A stretch of DNA of 64,000 nucleotides. It comes from Isurus oxyrinchus (Eukaryota). A model generated the notes under the pieces. It was not told where the DNA came from. It did not search any database and worked only from the letters and a program-made list of their open reading frames with translations. The translations under genes were made by a program, and so were the position numbers. The stretch covers positions 992,001 to 1,056,000 of the forward strand of contig JANJGN010000042.1 of assembly GCA_026770705.1 (NCBI GenBank), in the 5' to 3' direction. Positions 12,461-21,700 of the stretch are shown one piece after another (within the stretch, counting starts at the first letter, position 1; every line of letters starts with the position of its first letter).

Positions 12461-14341
12461 TTAACGTTGTGGATCACCCGTGGCTTCACAGGTGAGAGGA
12501 AGTATTTCAATGACTCGTGGGTAGGTGGGGATCGACTCACCTCTCAATTATCTGTGTAACAAGGGAATTCTTACTCAGGAGAAGCAGTTTAGCTGTTCTG
12601 CCCTTGAGAATGGATAACTCAGTTATTCTGCCTGCTGTTACATCGTTGAGTTCACAAAAGACTGATGATCAGCTGTCATTGCTGCTGTTAATCTTCTTCA
12701 CGCCTGAGCCGTACTCATTCTGGCAGTTAGACTGTGCTTCTGCAAATTTTAATGACCCCAATAATTGTTTTCAGATTGTAATGCACAAAACTGTGGGGAT
12801 ATAACGAAAACATATGGCGGGAGGCTGGAGGGTGGGGACACGCTAAAGGTCTAAATGGAGTGTGCCACTCTAAAATAATTGGAAAATGAAATATATGTTT
12901 GCTGATAGACATTGTGATTAGGTGATTCTGGGAATTAGAAGTCAGAAACGATGATTCCAAGAGTAACCCATTTCATCCAGTAGTTCTGCATGTCTCTCAT
13001 TTTACATCTAAAATGTGCATGACATCGTCGGAGAGCAGAATGCTTGAGAACAACTCAGTGGTGCAACACACTTCCCAGTCCACGGATCGAAACCAGCAGC
13101 CCGGCAGCACTGGGGGCATTTTCCAATGGGCAGTGGACAAACTGGTTCTTCGCGGGCATAGGAAAGTCAGGTACTGAGCACACTTAAGCCAACAGAGCTA
13201 TTACAAAGTGTCACCCGCTCTCAGGCAACTTCGGGTTTGACATCGAAGCAACTTCATATCGTAGGGCCTTCAAAAGCTTTCCCCAGCACAGCTGAAACTG
13301 TGATGTATGCGGGGATTTATAATACACATATGTACAAAACTGCCTCTTTTAATTTGCTCTATGAATGTGAGGATTTTACAGGAACACCGTCCAGAATTTA
13401 TTCACAGCAGCCACACCATAAACAGGCATAATAGGACGATAAGGCATATCAATGCGTGGTGAAAAGATGGTGCAGGAGGGAGGGCTTTAGTTTGCTGGGG
13501 CACAAGGACTGGCTCTGGTGGAGTTGGCACCAGGACAAACCGGCTGGTTGCATCTGAAAAGACCGAGAATAGGTTCCTTGGGAGGGTTTGAAACTAACTC
13601 GGCCGGGATGTTGAACCAGGGGAGAGTATTAATGAGGAATATCAGGGTGCACAAAATACTTGGAGACATATATAACGCCATAAAAGTGATTAATAAGTTA
13701 GTAGGTGGGGTTTCTGTGAGGGAGAAAATAACAAATTCTAAATCATGTTTACTATACATGTATGTGAATGCGCGATGTACAGTCAATACAACTGGGGAAT
13801 TACAGACGCAGGTTGCCAGGTGCAAATATGATCTTTTGGCGACAGCAGAAACCTGGCTCAAGGAAGTGCAGAACTGGGTGTTAAACATTTCTGGTACAAG
13901 GTATTCAGAAAAGTTAGGTAAGGAAGGAAAGGAGGAGGTTGGCTTTATTGTTTAAGGAGACCGTTGCAGTGCTGGAGAAAGAGGATGTCCCACAGTGTCC
14001 AAGGACAGAATCAATTTGGCTAGAGCTAAGGAGCAAAAGAGTGCGATTACATTGCTTGGTGTACTCCATAGGCAGCCAGCTAGTGAGGAAGGCGTAGAAT
14101 GACAAATCCTCAGGGATAATATGGAGGTTTGCAAGCATTATAGAGTAGTTTTAATGAGGGACTTCACTCACCCGAATGGAGACTGAGACAGTGGCAGTGT
14201 AAACGTTGGAGAAGGGCAAATGTTGCTAGATTGTGTTCAGGAAAGAATTACTACAGTAGTATGTGTCCAATCCAACAAGAAAAGAAGCAATTTTTTTGTT
14301 TTTATCTCTGTGTTTAATTGACTGCCACTGCTCTTCAAGAA

Positions 14342-17085
14342 ATGCCTACCTCCTTGAAGAAGTTCTGTCCGTCTCTGCGACAAGATTTCTGTATCTCTCT
14401 TTTGCCCTGCTCACATTCATTGCTTTCCATTTCTCTCCTGGTGTTTGACAAGGTGTTTACTAAAAGCCGCTTTCACAGCCATATCTCCTTTCTCAGTGAC
14501 TGTCTCCATCTCCGACTTACCCCACGTGGATTTCAACTGAAATTCCACCCCTCATGTTTCGAACCCACCCAGGATTACAGGTATCTCCGGGACATAAAAC
14601 GTTTCTCGGACTGCTGTCTCCGTCACATTCTGAGATCCACACTCAGTGCCATGCGCCACCATATGAACACACTCGACCTCTCCCTCCAGCAGCACCGCCG
14701 TACCCTTTTTCAAAGCAGCGCATGCCCCCAGTTTCAGTTTACTGTTCGGCTTATCCGACGCCTCAACAAGAAACTTTTTCTCTTTCTCTCAAGTGCTAAG
14801 GAACGCAAGCTCCAACAACTCATCGACACCAACACCCATCTAGGACCCTCCACCCCTGCCTGTCCCTCCGACCCCACCCCATCTTCTAATCCCATCCCCA
14901 GCCGTGTATTCACTATACCCCCTGACCTTCCCCTCTCCGATGCTGAACGTTCAGTGCTCAGCAAAGGACTTAGTTTCATACCCTTACGCCCTCACCTCAA
15001 TGAATTTCGGGCTTGGCATGATGCTGAACTCTTCGTCCGCCGTCTTCGTCTCCGGGCTCACATCTTTGGGCAGAGGTCCTCTCCCAGTTCAATGGATCCT
15101 TTCACCCACCTCCAATATTGTCCCTCCAACTGGACCCCTCCCTTTGGATTCTTACCTTCTCTTGATCTTTTCATTGAGAACTGTCGGTGCGACATGAGTC
15201 ATCTCAATTTCTCTGCTCTTCTCACTCATTCTCATCTCTCTCTCTGAACTGACTGCACTCCGTTCTCTCAGGTCCAACCCTGACATTGTCATCAAACCCG
15301 CTGACTAGGGTGGTGCTGTTGTTGTCTGGTGCACTGACCTCTACCTCGCAGAGGCTGAGCGTCAATTCGCAGATGCTTCCTCCTACCTCTCCCTGCACCA
15401 TGACCCCGCCACTGAACATCAAATCATTGTTTCCAGGACTGTCACTGACCTCATCTCCTCTGGGAATCTTCCACCCACAGCTTGCAACCTGATAATCGCC
15501 CAACCTCGGATGGCCCACTTCTATCTCCTACCCAAAATCCACAAACAGAACTGCCCCGGTAGACTGATCATGTCAGCTTGCTCCTGCCCCACAGAACTCA
15601 TTTCTCGTTATCTTGACTCCCTTCTCTCTCCCCCTGTCCAGTCCCCTCCCACATACATCCGTGATTCCTCTGACACCTTACGTCACATCAACAATTTCCA
15701 GTTCCCTGGCTCCAACTGCTTCCTCTTCACCATGGACCTCCAATCCGTCTACACCTCCATCCCCCACCAGGATGGTCTGAGGGCCCTTAGCTTCTTCTTT
15801 GAACAGAGGCCCAAACAATCCCCATCCACCACTACTCTCCTCCGTCTGGCTGAACTCGTTCTCATGCTGAACAATTTCTCCTTCAACTCCTCTCACTTCT
15901 TCTAAATAAAAGGTGTGGCTATGGGTACCCGCATGGGCCCCAGCTATGCCTGTCTCTTTATGGGGTATGTGGAACATTCCTTGTTCCAGTCCTACTCCAG
16001 CCCCCTTCCACAACTCTTTCTCTGGTACATCGATGATTACTTTGGTGCTGCTTCATGCTCTCGTTGAGACTTGGAAAAAATTATTAATTTTGCTTCCAAT
16101 CTCCATCCCTCCATCATTTTCACGTGGTCCATCTCTGACACTTCCCTTCCCTTCCTTGACCTCTCTGTCTCAATCTCTGGTGATAGACTGTCCACCAATA
16201 TCCATTACAAACCCACCGACTCCCACAGCTACCTCGACTATCGCTCCTCACACCCCGCTTCCTGTTAGGACTCCATACAATTCTCTCAGTTCCTTCACCT
16301 CCGTCGCATCTGTTCTGATGATGCTACCTTCAAAAACAGTTTCTCTGACAAGTCCTCCTTCTTCCTTAACCGACGTTTTGCACCCATGGTCGTTGACAGG
16401 GCCCTCAACCCTGCCCGGCCCATCTCCCACACATCTGCCCTCACGCCTTCTCCTCCCTCCCAGAAACATGATAGGGTCCCCCTTGTCCTCACCTATCACC
16501 CCACCAGCCTCCACATTCAAAGGATCATCCTCTGCCATTTCTACCAACTCCAGCATGATACCACCACCAAACACATCTTCACTTCACCCCCCCATCGGTA
16601 TTCCACATGTATCATTCCCTCCGGGGCACCCTGGTCCACTCCTCCATCACCCCCTACTCCTCATCCCCCTCCTATGGCACCACCCCATGCCCACGCAAAA
16701 GATGTAACACCTGCCCCTTCACTTACTCTCTCCTCACCGTCCAAGGGCCCAAACACTCCTTTCAAGTGAAGCAGCATTTCACTTTCATTTCCCCCAACTT
16801 AGTCGACTGCATTCGTTGCTTCCAATGTGGTCTCCCCTACATTGGAGAGACCAAACGTAAACTGGGCGACCGCTTTGCAGAACACCTGTAGACTGTCAGC
16901 AAGAATGACCCAAACTTCCCTGTCGTAACACTCCACCCTGCTCTCTTGCCCACATGTCTGTCCTTGGCTTGCTGCATTGTTCCAGTGAAGCCCAACGCAA
17001 ACTGGAGGAACAACACCTCATCTTCCGACTAGGCACTTTGCAGCCTTCCGGACTGAACATTGAATTCAACAACTTTAGGTCGTGA
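14342..17085 (+). pseudogene. Disrupted Penelope-like RT/GIY-YIG polyprotein ORF
   Basis: ATG 14342 (MPTSLKK) to TGA 17083-17085 (QPSGLNIEFNNFRS*). Broken by a frameshift near 15240, stops near 15306, 15903, 16266 and 16889, and further frameshifts. Confidence 0.85.
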
Positions 17086-17487
17086 GCTCCCTCCCCCATC
17101 CGCACCCCCTTTCTGTTTCCCCCTTGCTTTTGTTTTTTCCAATAAATTATATAGATTTTTCTTTTCCAACCTATTTCCATTATTTTTAAATATTTTTAAA
17201 TCTTTTATACACCTCCACCCCCACTAGAGCTATACCTTGAGTGCCCTACCATCCTTTCTTAATTAGCACATTCGTTTAGATAATATCACCAACATTAACA
17301 CCTATGTGTTCTTTTGTTCTGTTGTTTGTGACACCTTTTGATGATCTGCTTCTATTACTGCCTGTCTGTCCCTACAACCGCACCAAACAGCTCCACTTCT
17401 CTTTCTCTTCCCCCACCCAATCCACACCCCCCCCCCCCAACACACCTTAAACCAGCTTATATTTCACCCCTTTCGTGGACTCACTCA

Positions 17488-17526
17488 AGTTCTGTCGAAG
17501 GGTCATGAGGACTCGAAACATCAAAT
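17488..17526 (+). ncRNA. Degenerate minimal hammerhead ribozyme motif at the Penelope 3' end
   Basis: agtt-CTGTCGA(17492-17498)-A-GGGTC-atgag-GACTC-GAAA-C-ATC-aaat. The core differs from CUGANGA at one position; stem II is 5 bp. Confidence 0.55.
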
Positions 17527-19742
17527 CTTTTCTTCTCCGCTGATGCTGCCAGACCTGCTGAGTTTTTCCAGGTAATTTTGTTTTTGTTAAGAAAAGAAGC
17601 ACTGTTGGACCTGTTTCCTGGAAATGAGGTGGGCCAAGTAGATCCAGTGTCAGTGGGGGAACACTTAGGATACAGTGATCATTGTATTGTAAATTTTAGG
17701 ATGATGAAAGAAAATGACGACAGACAATCCAGAGTAAGAATATTTAGCCGCCATCGATGGGGCATTTAGGGAGCTGTGCCAGAGAGGCTGGAAGGAAAGA
17801 TTGACGGGGAAAGAAGAAACTGGAGTGGAACAATGATTTAACTTCAAAAAATAATTAGTTCACGCACAGTCAAGGTGTATCCCAATGAAACGGAAAGGTG
17901 AAACGAACAAACCCAGAGCTCCCTAGATGTATAAAGAGATAACATTTACGTTGAAGTAGAAAATATATGCTTATGACAGGTCGAACATACAATTGAGAAA
18001 CAACAGGAATAGAGGAGATTCAGGGGGGAGGTGAAGAAAACAGAGTAGAAAAACGAAGAGGGGTTACCAGAAAAGGCTGGCAGCCAACACAAAGGGGAGT
18101 CACTAAGTCTTCTCTGGGCCTGAACATAGTGAAAGGGTATAAACGGAGGAGTTGGACCGATTTGCGAGTGAAAAAGGAATTTACACATGTCTGAGGTATT
18201 ATGTGAACAATTTGCATTCATCTTGACCCAGTTGTTAGAAGCAATCAAGGCCTTGGTGACAGAAAAGGAAACGCTGCCACTTGAACTGTTCTAATTGATA
18301 AGGGAAGTGCTGCATAGAATGTCGATACTTAAAGCTGTCAAGGTGCCAGGACACAATGAGATGCGTCCAAGGATATTGAACGAAGCGAAATTGGAAACTG
18401 CAGGGGCACTGACCATAAATTTTCAGTCTTCCCTTGAATCAGGGGGTGGGGGGGAGGTCTGTGGTGGTGGGGGGGGGACGGTGTCGGGGGGGGGTGGGGA
18501 GGGGGCGGGCGCGGGGGCTGGTGGTGCCAGAAAGACTGGAGAATTGCAAACATTACGTCCTTATTCAAAAATGGTTGTAAGGGTAAACCCAGCGAATAAA
18601 GGCCAGTCAGATCAACATGGTGGTGGGCAAGATTGTAGAATCAAATATTCGGGGTAGAATTAGCAGCTGCCTGGAAAAGTATGGGTTGATAAGGAAAAGT
18701 CAGCATCGAGTTCTTAAGGGGAAATCGTATTTAACTAACTTGTGGAGTTGTTTGAAGAGGTAGCAGAAAAGGTCGATGGGGGTAATGCTCTTGATGTGGT
18801 GTACATGGACTTTCAAAAATCATTCGATACGCTGCTAAACATCAGAATTGTGAGAAAATTAACTGCTCATATAATAATGGAGACATTGCAAAATGGATAC
18901 AAAATTGGCTGAACAATAAGCAGCAGAGAGTAATGGTCAATGGACATTTTCCGGGCTGGAATGGTCTACAACTGCTCCAATACTCCATTGTTCATGTCTT
19001 CCAATGCAATTAATGCTAAGTTATCTGTAGGCAATATAAAACGTTCTCCTTAAAACATTCAAAGTTAATCAAGAACATGAACATACAATCTCGCAAGGCG
19101 ATTCGGGAGGCCCTGTACAAGTTGGCTGCCGAGATCTCTTTATAAACAATTCTCAAGGCGCAGGTTGGAGCTTAGGGTGTCTTCCCATCCGCATGATTTA
19201 ATGTTTAAAAGCATGCAAACACTTTTCAAAATATTTTGAAATGTGTAAACCAATTGCAAAGTCTTGAAAAATACCTTTATTGTGTTTAGATGTATTTAAG
19301 GTTATAATAAAAGACGCAACAGCTTTTGAGCTGAATAGTGACCGCAAGACAAGTGTCTGGGGTTCGTTACCTCTTAAGAGGGCGCGATTTCGCCATGACT
19401 TCGGCCCTCTGTTGGTCTACGTCAATGTTTTACTCTGTGGGCCCTACAACAACCTAAGGTTGAAATCTTCGTGTCAGCCGATGAAGAAGGCAAATTTGCA
19501 GACAGCGTGGTCATTCGCAAACATGGCTGCTTTGACTCGGATGCAAAATGTCCAGTCCGTTTTTTGTTTAGAAAAACTTGCAGCTGGAATCATGCTGTAG
19601 CCTCTGGGCATTTTAGTTCAGAGCCTAGTCAGATTCCATGAAAAAAAATTGAATTGATCAACACATTAACAGCCGAGAAGCAGCTGCATTAATCTGTTTA
19701 TTACAAAAAAAGGTAATAAATTTTTAGGTAGATCAAACCATT

Positions 19743-19777
19743 TAATTATTTCCCTGGAGACTGAGATTAGGTATAAA
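19743..19777 (+). promoter_or_regulatory. Putative core promoter of GPCR paralog 2: homeodomain site + O/E(Ebf)-like site + TATA box
   Basis: TAATTA 19743-19748, TTTCCCTGGAG 19749-19759, TATAAA 19772-19777 (58 nt before the ATG). The 17-bp module is 16/17 identical to paralog 1. Confidence 0.6.
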
Positions 19778-21059
19778 GGTGAGATTTCTTACAATGTAAG
19801 GTAGAACTTGCTCAGAGTTCCTAATCGGAATGCACGTCTCACCAAAAAGCCTGTTGTTTGCCATTTACTATCCTGTCCTTGCTGCTATCGGGATTCCGGG
19901 TAAAATTTTGTTGTTATTTCGTAGTTTTGTGAATCATTGTTTAGATACATTATTCCTTCAATTTTAACAGTAGGGTGTCTACACGGTCCTGAAATCCGTT
20001 CTCCCATCTAATGGTAAATAATTTTCACATTGACTGATATAAATTCATTACATTAGCTGACACCATTTCTCCACCATTTTTCCTCTACAACTGTATCATT
20101 TCTCCATGTTAACGGTGCGATTTCTTTTATTGACACAGTTACTCGAAATTGATGGTTAAGTATCTCTCTCTTAGCAATGTGATGCTTTCCTCTTTGCTCG
20201 CATCGATCATTCACTTTAAAACTTCTCTTCCTTAATTATATGCTGACTTCCTAAAGCTGGACCCATTTAATCGGTTTAATTATACAGTTCATCCCATTTA
20301 CCACCATCATCTTACGATGTCATTGTACTTTAGCTGTGTTGCTGTCACTATTACTTTACGTGCCTTATCCTAATGTTGTCACGATGTAAAATGTGCTGTT
20401 AATAATGTCATTGTTCTGTTAACAATGCTGTTATGGGTGAATGACCGCAATGTCAAAATGGTGCAAATGCAGTTTTATTGTGTCACTTGGAAGGGTCCCT
20501 GGGTATATTTTCAGTCTGTTAACACAGTGTATATGCACTCCTGTTTTATTCACGCCTTCACTTCGAGAGAATTATCACACTGTTGTCACAATGTCCATGT
20601 TCATCTATTTAATTATTGCCACTGTTAATTTGATTGAATTATCATATTACAGTCACTATGCAACTCGACACATATTGGGATTGACAATGATGGGGGTAAT
20701 TAGCAGAAGTGAGATATTATTGAAATAATTGTCCCATTTAGCAATTTCTGATTGAATTTAATTAATTTATATATTCTGCAATAGCTTATTAGTGTTCGAT
20801 GCATTGATAAATATACATGTAATGTAAAAATAGCACTTTGATGAATGATTGAATTTGTCTCAGTCGCACAAAGCAGTGTTTTTGGTTCTCAGTTTCTGAC
20901 ATTCGCTGCTTCAGCCCTGCACTCTTCTTCCGCATTAGCTCCTGCTAGTGGCTGTACATTTCTGAGTGCTGAATCTGGGACTCCCTTCTGCTCCGAGCAG
21001 CAGGCAATATCCCGGAACATTCCCATCTTCATTTTCACGGCCAGACTGACTTAGGACAC

Positions 21060-21350
21060 AAACTGGTCACATCTTTCTCATCTAAGGCACAGAGATTTGA
21101 TTTCAAGTAGCCACGAAAGCCCAAAAATAATCATTTTTCATCGATGGTCTAGTGCAACCCTCAGGAAGTGCTACATTGTAGGAGTGTCTTTTTGTTGCAA
21201 ATGGGACCTCATTCTCTCGCACTCTCAGTGGTTTGAATCGCACCAGAAGATTCTGGGTGATTATTAGCAGAAAAAGCCATGCTTAGCTCTGTGTATACCC
21301 ATTATTTCCTCTGCAAAGTCAGAGAAACGCTGATTGTTCGGTCTCTCTTC
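21060..21350 (+). mobile_element. Decayed Deu-domain-like SINE fragment in the GPCR intron
   Basis: Resembles the reverse complement of 27170-27585 and 40040-40865. Confidence 0.4.
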
Positions 21351-21596
21351 TGAGGTTGATTTTATTTTTGATCACGTTGCCTGTCTCCTTTTATCCAAAG
21401 GATCAGTTTTAGAGCAATTCATTGGATGTGACAACTGTTGACCATCCGTGAGTTGTGGTTCGATGTATTATTCGTTTCCACAACTGTTGTTGGTTGTCCT
21501 TTTTTGTCCACGTATTTATTTGCCAGTGTGTTATTTTCTTACGCATTCGTTAGTCTTGTACTGGTTTTGTTGTGTTTCGATGATTACTTATTTCTC

Positions 21597-21700
21597 AAAT
21601 AAAATAGAGAATGCTAACAAATCTCAACAGGCCTGGCAGCATCTTTGGAAAGAGAAATAGAGTTAATATTTCGAGGCTGAATGGCTCTTCATCAGAGCAG
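21597..21700 (-). mobile_element. Penelope 3'-end fragment with hammerhead motif (in GPCR paralog 2 intron, antisense)
   Basis: Same sequence as the left arms of 5904-6139 and 56028-56247. Minus strand reads CTGATGA-A-GAGCC-attca-GCCTC-GAAA-T-ATT-aact. Confidence 0.7.

Larger units (their letters stand above)
14290..17588 (+). mobile_element. Penelope-like retroelement (RT + GIY-YIG endonuclease), near full-length, with 13-bp TSD
   Basis: TSD aagaaaagaagca at 14277-14289 and 17589-17601. Coding motifs: KGLSFIP, IKPAD*GGAVVV, FYLLPKIHK, FTMDLQSVYTSIPH, GVAMGTRMGP, YIDDYF, LPFLDL, HYKPTDSHSYL, CIRCFQCGLPYIGETKRKLGDRFAEH, QPSGLN. Confidence 0.93.
13480..18960 (+). mobile_element. Decayed CR1 LINE (end of ORF1, endonuclease, partial RT) interrupted by a Penelope-like element at 14290-17588
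   Basis: ORF 13518-13955 carries APE motifs YVNARC and DLLATAETWLK. The element resumes after the insertion with EALLDL..VGEHLGYSDH. RT motif VYMDFQKSFD near 18800. Confidence 0.85.
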
